Assembly: GCF_054482595.1 (NCBI RefSeq)
Contig: NZ_CM137008.1
Direction: 5' to 3' (one strand)
Length of the DNA: 64,000 nt
Part shown: one piece after another, positions 1-10,280 of the stretch
Position numbering within the stretch: position 1 is the first letter of the stretch
Layout: each line of letters begins with the position of its first letter
Notes under the pieces: generated by a model
Told to the model about the DNA's origin: nothing
Database searches by the model: none
The model's input: the letters and a program-made list of their open reading frames with translations, nothing else
Made by a program: the position numbers and the translations under genes

Positions 1-876
1 AAACCGATTTCTTCGACTTACACCTTAAAAGCGATTGAAACCGGTGAAGTGGTCTACGCTGATGGCAACGAAGTACCTTATCGTTGCTCTTTGCATCCGC
101 AATGCAAACTGGGGTCGACGCTGGTAATTCCGTTGCGTGGCGAAAATCAGCGGGTGATGGGTACCATCAAATTGTATGAAGCCAAAAACCGTTTATTCAG
201 TTCAATCAACCGCACGCTGGGCGAGGGGATTGCGCAACTGCTTTCGGCGCAGATCCTCGCCGGGCAATATGAGCGGCAAAAAGCGATGCTCACCCAGTCA
301 GAGATCAAACTGCTTCACGCCCAGGTGAACCCCCATTTTTTGTTTAATGCGCTTAACACCATTAAAGCGGTGATCCGTCGCGACAGCGAACAGGCCAGCC
401 AGCTGGTGCAGTATCTTTCCACTTTTTTCCGCAAAAACTTAAAGCGGCCTTCGGAGTTTGTTACTCTCGCCGACGAAATTGAACATGTGAACGCTTATCT
501 GCAAATTGAAAAGGCGCGCTTCCAGTCGCGGTTGCAGGTCAACATTGCTATTCCGCAAGAATTATCCCAGCAGCAATTGCCCGCGTTTACCCTGCAACCG
601 ATAGTGGAAAACGCCATTAAACATGGGACATCACAACTGCTGGATACAGGGCGAGTGGCAATCAGCGCCAGACGTGAGGGGCAACATTTAATGCTGGAGA
701 TCGAAGACAATGCCGGTTTGTATCAACCGGTAACCAATGCCAGTGGGCTGGGGATGAATCTGGTGGATAAGCGTTTACGTGAACGGTTTGGCGATGACTA
801 TGGGATAAGCGTCGCCTGTGAGCCTGATAGTTACACCCGAATAACGTTACGACTACCATGGAGGGACGAGGCATGA
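1..876 (+). CDS. btsS: Sensor histidine kinase BtsS/YehU, C-terminal part (LytS family); 5' end lies upstream of the window
   Basis: Frame 1 is open from position 1 with no stop; translation contains the LytS-type H-box [12 protein letters not shown] and a HATPase-like C-terminus; stop overlaps the start of the downstream LytTR regulator (ATGA at 873-876). Confidence 0.85.
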
Positions 877-1592
877 TTAAAGTCTTAATTGTCGATGATG
901 AACCGTTAGCACGGGAGAACCTGCGCGTATTTTTGCAGGAGCAGAGCGATATTGAAATCGTTGGAGAGTGTTCAAACGCCGTGGAAGGGATCGGCGCGGT
1001 GCATAAACTGCGCCCGGATGTGCTGTTTCTCGATATCCAGATGCCGCGCATCAGTGGTCTGGAAATGGTGGGGATGCTTGACCCGGAACATCGCCCGTAT
1101 ATCGTTTTTCTCACCGCGTTTGACGAATACGCTATTAAAGCCTTTGAAGAACATGCCTTTGATTATCTGCTGAAGCCAATTGATGAAGCGCGACTGGAGA
1201 AAACGCTGGCGCGTTTGCGTCAGGAACGCAGCAAGCAGGATGTTTCGCTGTTACCGGAAAATCAACAGGCGCTGAAATTTATCCCTTGTACGGGGCATAG
1301 TCGGATTTATTTGCTGCAAATGAAAGATGTGGCATTTGTCAGCAGTCGGATGAGCGGTGTCTACGTTACCAGCCACGAAGGGAAAGAGGGCTTTACCGAA
1401 TTGACATTACGTACCCTGGAAAGTCGTACACCACTACTGCGCTGCCATCGTCAGTATCTGGTTAACCTCGCGCATTTACAGGAGATTCGTCTGGAAGATA
1501 ACGGCCAGGCCGAGTTGATTTTGCGTAATGGCTTAACCGTGCCGGTCAGCCGCCGTTATCTGAAAAGCTTAAAAGAGGCGATTGGCCTGTAA
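873..1592 (+). CDS. btsR: LytTR-family response regulator BtsR/YehT (239 aa)
   Basis: Receiver domain start [16 protein letters not shown] and C-terminal LytTR-type DNA-binding region; ORF-track start 858 trimmed to the ATG at 873, which overlaps the upstream stop. Confidence 0.85.
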
Positions 1593-1638
1593 AAGACTGC
1601 TAAAATGGCTTTTTGCCTCATCAACACCTGAAGGCCTC

Positions 1639-2109
1639 ATGCTAAGTAACGATATTCTGCGCAGCGTGCGCTACATTTTGAAAGCCAATAACAATGACCT
1701 GGTGCGTATTCTGGCGTTGGGTAATGTCGAAGCCACCACGGAACAGATCGCCGTCTGGCTACGTAAAGAAGACGAAGAGGGTTTTCAGCGTTGTCCGGAC
1801 ATTGTTTTGTCGTCATTCCTCAATGGCCTGATTTATGAAAAACGCGGCAAGGATGAGTCTGCTCCGGCACTGGAGCCGGAACGTCGCATTAATAACAACA
1901 TCGTGCTGAAAAAATTACGCATCGCGTTTTCGCTGAAAACCGATGACATTCTGGCGATCCTCACCGAACAGCAGTTCCGCGTTTCGATGCCGGAAATTAC
2001 GGCGATGATGCGTGCACCGGATCATAAAAATTTCCGCGAATGCGGCGATCAATTTTTACGTTATTTTCTGCGTGGACTGGCAGCGCGCCAGCATGTGAAG
2101 AAAAGCTAA
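1639..2109 (+). CDS. yehS: YehS, DUF1456-family protein (156 aa)
   Basis: ORF 1582-2109 trimmed to the internal ATG at 1639 (MLSNDILRSVRYIL); length matches recalled YehS. Confidence 0.75.
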   Translation: MLSNDILRSVRYILKANNNDLVRILALGNVEATTEQIAVWLRKEDEEGFQRCPDIVLSSFLNGLIYEKRGKDESAPALEPERRINNNIVLKKLRIAFSLKTDDILAILTEQQFRVSMPEITAMMRAPDHKNFRECGDQFLRYFLRGLAARQHVKKS

Positions 2110-2118
2110 GACGGGTAT

Positions 2119-2143
2119 GGCGGCCATGCGAAACATGGCCGCC
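2119..2143. terminator. Hairpin between convergent yehS and yehR, probable bidirectional terminator
   Basis: Perfect inverted repeat ggcggccatg / catggccgcc with a 5-nt loop, flanked by A/T-rich sequence. Confidence 0.55.
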
Positions 2144-2149
2144 GACAGA

Positions 2150-2611
2150 TTATTTCACTTCTTTAAAACCAGCGGCTTTCATCACCAGTTCCATTTGCGC
2201 CATAGTGATACCTTTTTTGGCATCTTCAGCAGAAACGTTGATTCCTGAAATACCCTGCAGGGCTTTAAAATCTACTTTTTCCATATCGATAGTCACGTTT
2301 TCCTGCGCGTAGGTATCGGTATAGGTTAATTTTTCTTCAACACCCGCGATGTTTTTGTATTTGGCGCTTAACGGCTCAAGTGTCTTGGCAGCATCTTCTT
2401 TGGTGGTTGCACCAATGGAGGCAAATTGAATTTTGGTTTCAGAAGATTGCTTAAGCACCTTGTCACCTTTGTAGACATAGGTAATGGCAATTTCAGTGCC
2501 GTTCAGATTGGCGCTGAATTTCTTCGATTCTTCTTTGTCACCGCAGCCAGCAAGAGAGAAAACCAGAACAGATGCAACAACAAGGGAAAACAGCTTATTG
2601 AAAGCCTTCAT
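2150..2611 (-). CDS. yehR: YehR, predicted lipoprotein (153 aa)
   Basis: Signal peptide with lipobox LAGC (MKAFNKLFSLVVASVLVFSLAGCGDKEE); ORF trimmed to the ATG at 2611. Confidence 0.8.
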   Translation of the reverse strand: MKAFNKLFSLVVASVLVFSLAGCGDKEESKKFSANLNGTEIAITYVYKGDKVLKQSSETKIQFASIGATTKEDAAKTLEPLSAKYKNIAGVEEKLTYTDTYAQENVTIDMEKVDFKALQGISGINVSAEDAKKGITMAQMELVMKAAGFKEVK

Positions 2612-2735
2612 GTAAAACTCCATTTTATTTAATCAAGGAACTGGTGACTCTCACCAGGGGCTATATAGGATATGCCTAATACCGTGGCGTGAGCAGTCCG
2701 GAACTGGAGTAGAACTCTTAGTAAAAAGCACTATT

Positions 2736-4736
2736 TCATCCTTGTTGCTGAAGCATAGGGAATAATTGTTCGCACAGCAAAACACCGTTATTCATTGTTT
2801 CTACCCGTGCCTCGCTTTCTGTATTACGAAATTGTCCCAACACATGTGCCAGCCGATAAAAACCCACCGCGGTGAGGTCATTCGCCAGCAACTCTGCCTG
2901 ACCAATAGCACTCTGTTCCTGATAGCGCCAGCCGTTATGGAGCAGTTGAATAAGTAATGCCTGGCAGCGCATCAGCAACTGATGAGCAGTAGACGGCACA
3001 GGCAGAACGCTGGCAGAAGGTAGCGGTGCCACAGGCGCAGTTTCTGCGTCCAGCGCCCAGGCACGAGTCTTTGTCATCATTACCTGTGGTTCCAGTGTCA
3101 ATTGCCCATCAACAAAACTGACAAAGCCAGAAACCAGACACACGGGGTCGTCTGTTTGTTGCAAAAGCGCCGCCATGCGTTCAACGGCATAAGGCGCGCT
3201 GGCTGAGGCTGGCAGTGATAACGTCAGCTGATTATCTTCACCTTCGCCGCTGATTACCTGCGCATCCAGCGTTTGGCGGCTGCTATCCCAACCTAGTGAA
3301 ATACACTCAGCGACCGGCAGAATAAATAAGTTATCGACCTGATTAAGAGGCCGTATGCAGGCGGGGGGACGCTGGCGTAAATATTCCCGCAAAGCCACAA
3401 TGCCCGGCTGGCGCAACGGCGCGCTCAACATTTGCCAGGCATCTGGCGACAGTGGAACAACACTACTCAAGCGGTTACGGGTCGCGAACAGCAGTTCGCC
3501 TTCGGCACTGCGACGCGCTGCTTGTGAAACAATTTGCCCACCTGCCAGTGCGCCAGCCTGAAAACTAAACAGCCGACGTTTTGCCGCGGGAGCGTTTTCT
3601 TGTTCGCTTCTCGGCCAACTACGCGAAAGATGCAAAATACTGCCGGTGTCGGGATCGGTAAACCAGATGCGTAAACCATAATGCTCAATATCCTGCCAGC
3701 AACGCATACCTAAAGACACCAGCCGCAGATGATCAAGCTTTGCTTCTCCGGCAATGCCAGAGCCAACGACCGTGCGCCACGGCACAGGAGGAACTTCACC
3801 AACACTGTCGCGCCGGGCCATCTCTTGTGCGCAATTTAATCGACTGTTTAATGCCGCAAGCTGACGTAAGCATTCTCCGGCATGATAGTGGCTGGCGCGG
3901 GCGTGGAAGGCATCAACGCTGGCGCGCAGTTGCCGTAGCGATTCACTCACCCAGCGCCAGTTGCAGGCCTCTGCCGCCTGCAATGCGCGGTTGAAAGCGG
4001 CCTCGTAGTGAATAAGCGGCTGGCTGATGCCGCTCAGCCATAATGCCTGGCTTAGTTGTTGAACATATTGACGACACGTTTTGCCTTCTTCGCTGGCAAA
4101 CGGATCGTCAGATGATGTGACGTGTTCGCTGCGCATCTGCCAGATTAAATGAGTAAATTCCGCTTGCTGAGTTTTTGCCTGGACAAAGGCCTGTACTGCC
4201 AGTACGACATGTTCGCAAAGTGTGCCTTCAATACAATCACAACGGGCGAAACGAATGCTGCTACGGGAATAAAAACGCACATCGCTCATCGGTAAGCGGG
4301 CAGAGGGAATTTCGCCCGGCGTACAGAACAACTCAATGGTGATGCCTTTAGCGACCAGCGCCTGTGCGCGTTTGCGGGTGGTATCGGGCAGGGTAGCCAG
4401 TTCTTCCAGCCAGATTGCCGGATCCCACTCTTCTTCTTTTTCCGTGGGCTGGACGGTGGCACAAAGTCGTTGATAACTTAACACCAGCATCACGCGATGA
4501 CGGCACATGCCGCTGGCCCCGCAGCTGCACTGAGCCTCTTTCAGTGCCTGGCTGTTCGCCAGCTGGGTACGGACACCGTCACTGAAGGTGGCGATTAAAG
4601 CGCCGTTCTCATGGCTGATCTCCGGGACGTTGCCATTTTCCAGTTCCTTAAGACTGCGCTTAACAAAACCGGCATTGCTTAACGCTGTCAGGGCCTGCGG
4701 TGTCAGTTCTAATAATTCCGGACGTAGTGAATTCAT
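2736..4736 (-). CDS. yehQ: YehQ, SWIM zinc-finger protein (666 aa)
   Basis: Two CxC...CxH motifs (CSCGASGMCRHRVMLVL and CDCIEGTLCEHVVLAV); start ATG at 4734-4736 overlaps the yehP stop (ATGA). Confidence 0.8.
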   Translation of the reverse strand: MNSLRPELLELTPQALTALSNAGFVKRSLKELENGNVPEISHENGALIATFSDGVRTQLANSQALKEAQCSCGASGMCRHRVMLVLSYQRLCATVQPTEKEEEWDPAIWLEELATLPDTTRKRAQALVAKGITIELFCTPGEIPSARLPMSDVRFYSRSSIRFARCDCIEGTLCEHVVLAVQAFVQAKTQQAEFTHLIWQMRSEHVTSSDDPFASEEGKTCRQYVQQLSQALWLSGISQPLIHYEAAFNRALQAAEACNWRWVSESLRQLRASVDAFHARASHYHAGECLRQLAALNSRLNCAQEMARRDSVGEVPPVPWRTVVGSGIAGEAKLDHLRLVSLGMRCWQDIEHYGLRIWFTDPDTGSILHLSRSWPRSEQENAPAAKRRLFSFQAGALAGGQIVSQAARRSAEGELLFATRNRLSSVVPLSPDAWQMLSAPLRQPGIVALREYLRQRPPACIRPLNQVDNLFILPVAECISLGWDSSRQTLDAQVISGEGEDNQLTLSLPASASAPYAVERMAALLQQTDDPVCLVSGFVSFVDGQLTLEPQVMMTKTRAWALDAETAPVAPLPSASVLPVPSTAHQLLMRCQALLIQLLHNGWRYQEQSAIGQAELLANDLTAVGFYRLAHVLGQFRNTESEARVETMNNGVLLCEQLFPMLQQQG

Positions 4737-5869
4737 GACTGAAGATTCTCCGCAAGCCATGATGCCAGCTCGCCCGGTGTCATGGCGGCTATTTGTGCGC
4801 CGACATTTACCAGCACCTGGGCCGTATCGTGGTCATAGCAAGGTGTTGCGGTGCTATCGAGCGCCGCCAGTCCCAGCACTTTGATGCCGCTCTGGACACA
4901 CTTTTTCACCTGATGCGTCAGTAATGATGATGAACCCCCTTCGTAAAAATCGCTCACGAGGATAATGACGCTTTTCGCTGGTTGTTCAATAAGTTGCCGA
5001 CCATATTCCACGGCACTGGCGATATTGGTTCCGCCGCCTAATTGCACTTTCATTAATAACTCTACCGGATCGGCAACGTCTGCCGTGAGATCAACCACGC
5101 TGGTGTCAAACGCCACCAGATGGGTACGAATGCCGGGTAACTGCCATAAACAGGCCGCCATCACCGCAGAGTGGATCACCGAATCGACCATCGAGCCGCT
5201 TTGATCAACCAGTAAGACCAGTTGCCATTGTTCGCTTTGGCGTTTAATGCGGCTGTTAAAGCGGGGGGATTCGATATACAACTTGCCGTGTTGCGGGTGC
5301 CAGTGTTGCAGGTTGGCGCGCAGAGTACTTTTGAAATCAAAGTTTCGCGCCAGTGGAATAAATGAGCGGCGACGGCGATCGCGGACACCAGAAAAAGCCT
5401 GACGAACTTCCTTTGCCAGTCGAGCCATAATTTCTTCAACAACCTGGCGCACTATCCGGCGGGCGGCAGCCAGTACTTCGGGATTCATCAGATGTTTGGT
5501 GTGCAAAACGGCGCGTAGCAGGCTTTCAGAAGGCTGCATACGTTCCAGCACGTCGAGATTCGTCACCACATCTTCAATGCCATAGCGCAGTACGGCATCG
5601 CTTTCCAGCCGCTCAATCACCTGTTGCGGAAACAGCGTGTGAATACTGTTGATCCACTCAGGGGGGGTGAGATTTGAGCCACCTAATCCACCGGAGCGTT
5701 CACCACGCTGGAGCCGTTCAGGATCGCGCCCATACAGCCACTCCAGCGCGTGGTCTATCTGCCGGGCGTTGTCATCCAGCCCACAAAGCGTCGTTTCTGC
5801 CGCTTCGCCAAGAATTAATCGCCAGCGTTGTAGCTCACGGGTGGTCAGAAGATCGTTCAGTTCAGACAT
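4733..5869 (-). CDS. yehP: YehP, von Willebrand factor A (vWA) domain protein (378 aa)
   Basis: MIDAS-type motif LLVDQSGSM followed by ...GGGTNIASAV... and ...ILVSDFYEGG; start ATG 5867-5869 lies inside the yehM 3' end (8-nt overlap). Confidence 0.8.
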   Translation of the reverse strand: MSELNDLLTTRELQRWRLILGEAAETTLCGLDDNARQIDHALEWLYGRDPERLQRGERSGGLGGSNLTPPEWINSIHTLFPQQVIERLESDAVLRYGIEDVVTNLDVLERMQPSESLLRAVLHTKHLMNPEVLAAARRIVRQVVEEIMARLAKEVRQAFSGVRDRRRRSFIPLARNFDFKSTLRANLQHWHPQHGKLYIESPRFNSRIKRQSEQWQLVLLVDQSGSMVDSVIHSAVMAACLWQLPGIRTHLVAFDTSVVDLTADVADPVELLMKVQLGGGTNIASAVEYGRQLIEQPAKSVIILVSDFYEGGSSSLLTHQVKKCVQSGIKVLGLAALDSTATPCYDHDTAQVLVNVGAQIAAMTPGELASWLAENLQS

Positions 5870-8141
5870 GGAAAACTCCCCAGTTTTGCAGCGATGCCAG
5901 TGCCTGCTGTTCGAGTTGTTGATGATGTGCAATGGCTTGTGGTGGACAATGCAACGGCATTTGCAGCGCCGAAACGGGAAGTTGCGCCAGTTGATAATGC
6001 TCAAGCACCTGATGCGCCAGCGTCCCGCGTTCTCGTGGTGGTAGCCAGGCCATCGCCGCGCGTAAATCGGGCAGGGCATTGATAAAATTGGCATCACTCA
6101 GTTGATTTAAATGACTGCTGAAACCGGCGATAAATGCCGGCTGACAGGCCAGTTGATGACGGGCTAATGCCAGCAAACCGTGCAGCGCTTCGCCGGATTG
6201 TGCCGGGGATAACTGCGCCAGCATCGTCAGCGCCGCTTCGGCACTGGCGTTGGGATGTTCCAGACGCATCAGTGCGCCAAGAGCCGCGCCGCGATCCAGC
6301 GCCGGGGCATGGATTGCCTGACTGCGTCGCTCCAGTAAGGCTACCGCCGCAGAAAGAGAAATGCCGGGGAGCTGCACACCGCTATGCAGATCGCGCAGGA
6401 TATGACACAACGCTTGCCAGCTATGCAGGTGAGCGTGAAACTCCTTTTCATCCGGTCTGCCGTTGGATTCACACAGCCACAGCGTGCGATCGATAGCCGC
6501 GCATAACGTCGTTTGTAATATCTGCGCGCCTTGCATACCGCTAATTTCATCCAGCCGCCATAAGGCATATAGCACTTCCAGCGCCTGGCCCATTTCGGCA
6601 AATTGATTTTCCTGGGCTATTAATAATGTGAGTTGTTCCAGTAATTGTTGACTGAAGGACGCCAGACCCGCTAACGCTGCCTGGCTAAGACATGTGGTGA
6701 TACTGCCGATTCCACCCGCGTCCAGCATATCGGCTTCTAATTTATGGCGTGCGGCTTCCTGGAGTGTGGCACCAAAGCAGGCGGCCTCAATCAATGCCGC
6801 ATGCTGGCTAAGCGGGCGGGTTAATTTCCAGCGTTCTTCACCGTTGCCTGCAAGTGTCAGTGTGCTTCCCTGCTGGCGTACAATCCCTGGGATCTCCAGT
6901 ATTGCCAGCCGATGTAACACCTGACTTTGCGCTAGTCCATTGGGGTTAAAGCGATTTAAGGTAAGCTCCGCCGGAAGAGAGATTGCGGTACGTTCCAGTT
7001 CGCAGGTGACATCTTTTGGCAGAGGCGGTTGTGGCGTAGAAGGGGCAAGTTTACCGAATCCGTCACCCGCTAATGTGTCTATCAACGTTAGCAGAATCGG
7101 ATCGGTGTCGGGATGAATAACTCCGCGATAGCTCCACGGCAACGGCGCGTTCAGGGCTTCTTTAATCAGCGAGCCTGCTATGGCATCCAGCCAGTCAGTG
7201 CGTAACGGTAGTTTATGTCCGCGCAACTGTGCCAGCGCCATCGCATGCAGATGAGCGGCAGCCATATCCGCGGTCGAAGCAGGCAAGTGGTGTTGGCGCA
7301 AACGGGTAAGAACCGTTTTTAGCAGTTGTTCTCCCGCCTGCTGTAAGCCCCACTGCCAGCACCAGCTTTGCCAGACCGGGGCAGGCATTCCTGAAAGGTA
7401 TCCTGCCAGCACATCAAGGCGCTTTTCACTGTAGGGTGTGAGATAACAACCTGTAACGGCATCTGCCAGCGAGGGCAATTCTGGCTTGTTAATGTCCTGC
7501 GGGCATTCGCGCCACATTTTTGCCAGTGCCGGAGCGTGCCAGCCACCGCAGACGACTAACACGTCGCCATTATTTTGCTGCACCGCCCATGCAATCCAGC
7601 GAGCCATAAAGGCTTCGCGCTGACGATTGAGTGCATCGCCGGGGAAATCGCCCCGCAGTTGGGCAAAATAGTGCGCCAGTGCAGAGGGTAATGCAGTTTG
7701 CTGGCTTTCATCTTCGAACAAGTGATCCCACAGGGTATCGCTGTTATCCATGCGGGTGGCACGCAGCAGCAAGGTCTGGCTTTCCTCTTGCGTATCAGGC
7801 GAATCGTCCTCTTCTTCACTCTGTGCCCAGCAAGGCAAATCGATGAAGTAAGTTTGTGCCTGAATACGACGAGCGGCTTGTAGCGCCTGCCACTCCGGCG
7901 AAAATTCAGCAAATGGCGTCCAGGCACCACGCCCGGGGGCTGCACCGTCCTGATACTGGCAATAACTGTAAATAGCTACCGGAAGCTGGTGGGCTAAAAA
8001 CAGTTCGTCTACCCGGTCATTAAAATCAGCCGGGCCTTCAATCAACACGTATCGTGGCCGCTGGCTTTCGATTAACGATTTCACCAGCCGGGCGCAGGCC
8101 GGACTATGATGCCGGATGCCGACAATTAACGGCTCGCTCAT
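5862..8141 (-). CDS. yehM: YehM, large uncharacterized protein (759 aa)
   Basis: Long ORF trimmed to MSEPLIVGIRHH (ATG at 8139-8141), 10 nt downstream of the yehL stop; no motif I can assign with confidence. Confidence 0.75.
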   Translation of the reverse strand: MSEPLIVGIRHHSPACARLVKSLIESQRPRYVLIEGPADFNDRVDELFLAHQLPVAIYSYCQYQDGAAPGRGAWTPFAEFSPEWQALQAARRIQAQTYFIDLPCWAQSEEEDDSPDTQEESQTLLLRATRMDNSDTLWDHLFEDESQQTALPSALAHYFAQLRGDFPGDALNRQREAFMARWIAWAVQQNNGDVLVVCGGWHAPALAKMWRECPQDINKPELPSLADAVTGCYLTPYSEKRLDVLAGYLSGMPAPVWQSWCWQWGLQQAGEQLLKTVLTRLRQHHLPASTADMAAAHLHAMALAQLRGHKLPLRTDWLDAIAGSLIKEALNAPLPWSYRGVIHPDTDPILLTLIDTLAGDGFGKLAPSTPQPPLPKDVTCELERTAISLPAELTLNRFNPNGLAQSQVLHRLAILEIPGIVRQQGSTLTLAGNGEERWKLTRPLSQHAALIEAACFGATLQEAARHKLEADMLDAGGIGSITTCLSQAALAGLASFSQQLLEQLTLLIAQENQFAEMGQALEVLYALWRLDEISGMQGAQILQTTLCAAIDRTLWLCESNGRPDEKEFHAHLHSWQALCHILRDLHSGVQLPGISLSAAVALLERRSQAIHAPALDRGAALGALMRLEHPNASAEAALTMLAQLSPAQSGEALHGLLALARHQLACQPAFIAGFSSHLNQLSDANFINALPDLRAAMAWLPPRERGTLAHQVLEHYQLAQLPVSALQMPLHCPPQAIAHHQQLEQQALASLQNWGVFHV

Positions 8142-8151
8142 GCATCTTTCC

Positions 8152-9240
8152 TCACGGCAGGCGGTGGCGGGCTTGATAATAAGCCTGCCAGTGAGCTTCT
8201 TTATGTGTGGCGACACGCTGTTCGAAGTAACGGCGCAGACGAGCGCGATCTTCTTCGTTATCTTTGACGATGGTTCCGGCAATGCAGTCCACCAGATCGG
8301 CTGGCTCACCTGCGCGATTCGCTAAAAACCAGGCGCGGACGCCCACGGCGTGGGCCACGTTCACGGCTTCAGCGGTGGACATAATCGCTGTTAGTGTATC
8401 CATTGACGTTTTCTTTTCGCCGTTGGCACGCAGATCGCGGAAGGTGCGGACCAGTAACTCCAGTACCGCGTCAGGCACTTTATGCGGAATACCGCTATGG
8501 GCCAGCAAACGCGCCGAAGCACTGGCGACAAGCTCCAGCTCCTGGGCGAAATCCATAATCGGAAAGACAGTTTCAAAATCGAAGCGACGCTTTAGCGCAG
8601 CACTCATTTCATTGACGCCGCGATCGCGGGTATTGGCAGTGGCAATAATATTAAAGCCTTCTCGCGCATAGAGCTGACTGGCTTCACCAGTGAGTTCCGG
8701 CACCGTCATCACCCTGTCAGAAAGCATACCTAACAGACAGTCTTGCACTTCCAGCGGTGTACGCGTTATCTCTTCAAAACGGACGATTTTGCCGTCGCGC
8801 ATTCCCTGGTAAAGCGGGGCAGGGACCAGCGCTTCCGTTGATGGACCATGATTGATAAGCAGGGCGTAGTTCCAGCCGTACTTGATTTGATCTTCGGTAG
8901 TAGATGCGCCGCCCTGGATGGTTAACCCGGCATCGCCGCTAATAGCGGTTACCAGTAATTCAGACAGGAGAGATTTTGCGGTGCCAGGTTCCCCCACCAA
9001 CATCAAACCGCGTCCGGTGGCAAGAGTGACTAACATACGTTCGACAGCGGAGGGACTAATCACCACTTTACGGCTAATATTTTGCGCGCTATCGCCAAGG
9101 ATAAAAGCACGGGCCGCAGGCAAACTTAACTGCCAACCGGGCGGGCAAGGTGCGTTATCATTTTGTTTTAATTTTGCCAGTTCATCGGCGTATAACACAG
9201 CAGCAGGCGGACGCTGCAGATGATTATTCTGCGGTGACAT
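8152..9240 (-). CDS. yehL: YehL, MoxR-family AAA+ ATPase (362 aa)
   Basis: Walker A GEPGTAKS and AAA+ core; ORF trimmed to MSPQNNHLQRPPA (ATG at 9238-9240). Confidence 0.85.
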   Translation of the reverse strand: MSPQNNHLQRPPAAVLYADELAKLKQNDNAPCPPGWQLSLPAARAFILGDSAQNISRKVVISPSAVERMLVTLATGRGLMLVGEPGTAKSLLSELLVTAISGDAGLTIQGGASTTEDQIKYGWNYALLINHGPSTEALVPAPLYQGMRDGKIVRFEEITRTPLEVQDCLLGMLSDRVMTVPELTGEASQLYAREGFNIIATANTRDRGVNEMSAALKRRFDFETVFPIMDFAQELELVASASARLLAHSGIPHKVPDAVLELLVRTFRDLRANGEKKTSMDTLTAIMSTAEAVNVAHAVGVRAWFLANRAGEPADLVDCIAGTIVKDNEEDRARLRRYFEQRVATHKEAHWQAYYQARHRLP

Positions 9241-9349
9241 ATATTCATCCCTGAAATGTATTAATGAAATAAACGATATTTTACGCGCAATAAATGTTTG
9301 GCTCATTAGTTGTTTGAGCGAAAAATATCTGGAAAGCAGATCACAGTAA

Positions 9350-9388
9350 ATAAAAAAACCTGCTGGTGAGGCAGGTTCTTTTATTTAC
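9350..9388. terminator. Bidirectional intrinsic-terminator-like hairpin, unit A; candidate 3' end of an antisense sRNA
   Basis: aaaaaaa-cctgc-tggtgag-gcagg-ttcttttattt: GC stem flanked by an A-run on one side and a T-run on the other. Confidence 0.5.
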
Positions 9389-9672
9389 TATTTTCAGGCC
9401 TAACACCACAGCCTGTGCAACATCGTGTTCCAACGAACGAATTATAACCACGGCTGGACCCCGTTGCAATTAAGATAATGAGATTTATAATCCAGACCGT
9501 TGGGACGTTGCGCCGGATCGAACCTATTTCAAGTCCTGGCTACCGGACGGGTGGTGCTTCAGGTGGTGCCCTGAGCCGGAGTGCAACATCGTGGTCCAAC
9601 ATACGTAAACCAGTATTGACAGGCAGTGTAAGGGTAAGGTGCTGGTGTTGCGCTCCTTAATAAGGAGAGCGG

Positions 9673-9762
9673 ATGGACTCGCTGACACAAAAGTTAACCG
9701 TGCTCATTGCTGTACTGGAGCTATTAGTAGCTCTGTTACGGTTGATTGATTTGTTGAAGTAA
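9673..9762 (+). CDS. zorP: Small hydrophobic 29-aa protein MDSLTQKLTVLIAVLELLVALLRLIDLLK; candidate type I toxin (ZorO/ZorP-like)
   Basis: ATG 9673 preceded by AGGAG (9662-9669) that lies in an inverted repeat (ctcctta/taaggag) able to sequester the RBS; single predicted TM helix; followed by a hairpin. Symbol recalled from the E. coli O157 zor-orz locus; which copy is O and which is P is uncertain. Confidence 0.55.
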   Translation: MDSLTQKLTVLIAVLELLVALLRLIDLLK

Positions 9763-9783
9763 CGGGCAAATTGAAACGCATCT

Positions 9784-9810
9784 AAGGGGGAAAACCGCTT
9801 CCCCCTTTAA
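9784..9810 (+). terminator. Hairpin downstream of small toxin ORF copy 1
   Basis: aaggggg / ccccctt stem with a 10-nt loop and a short T-run. Confidence 0.4.
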
Positions 9811-9959
9811 TAAAATGATTACTGTTTTTATTAATTCATCATATAACTCATTTTTATTTATAAATTCATCGATTTTATATTCAACGCACCATTTGACCGG
9901 GATGTGAATATTTATGGTGGGCTATTGGCAAAAAATATCTGGAAAGTAGATCGCAGAAA

Positions 9960-9998
9960 ATAAAAAAACCTGCTGGTGAGGCAGGTTCTTTTATTTAC
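9960..9998. terminator. Bidirectional intrinsic-terminator-like hairpin, unit B
   Basis: Same sequence as 9350-9388. Confidence 0.5.
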
Positions 9999-10280
9999 TA
10001 CAGTGACGCTAACTTGCTGATTGTGCAACATTTCGTACCAACGAATAAATTATAACCATATCCACACTCCATTGCAATTCAGTGAGTGAGATTTATAATC
10101 CTGCCCGTTGGGAGGTTGTGCCGGATCGGACCAATTTTAAGTCCTGGCTGCCGGACGGGTGGTGCCGCAGGCGGTGCCCTGATCCGGAGAGCAACGTTTC
10201 GTACCAACATACGTAAACCAGTATCGACAGGCAGTGTAAGGGTAAGGTGCTGGTGTTGCGCTCCTTAATAAGGAGAGCGG

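Larger units (their letters stand above)
9320..9812 (+). repeat. Tandem duplication unit A (about 0.5 kb, period about 608 bp) carrying small toxin gene copy 1 and flanking hairpins
   Basis: Near-identical to 9930-10420 over its whole length, with scattered substitutions. Confidence 0.85.

Noticed and set aside
9478-9660. 60-aa ORFs (MRFIIQ.../MRFIILP...) inside both toxin leaders at 9478-9660 and 10086-10268
   Set aside because: No convincing RBS, and the substitutions between the two copies are mostly non-synonymous. The region is better explained as a structured 5' UTR and antisense target than as a protein-coding gene.
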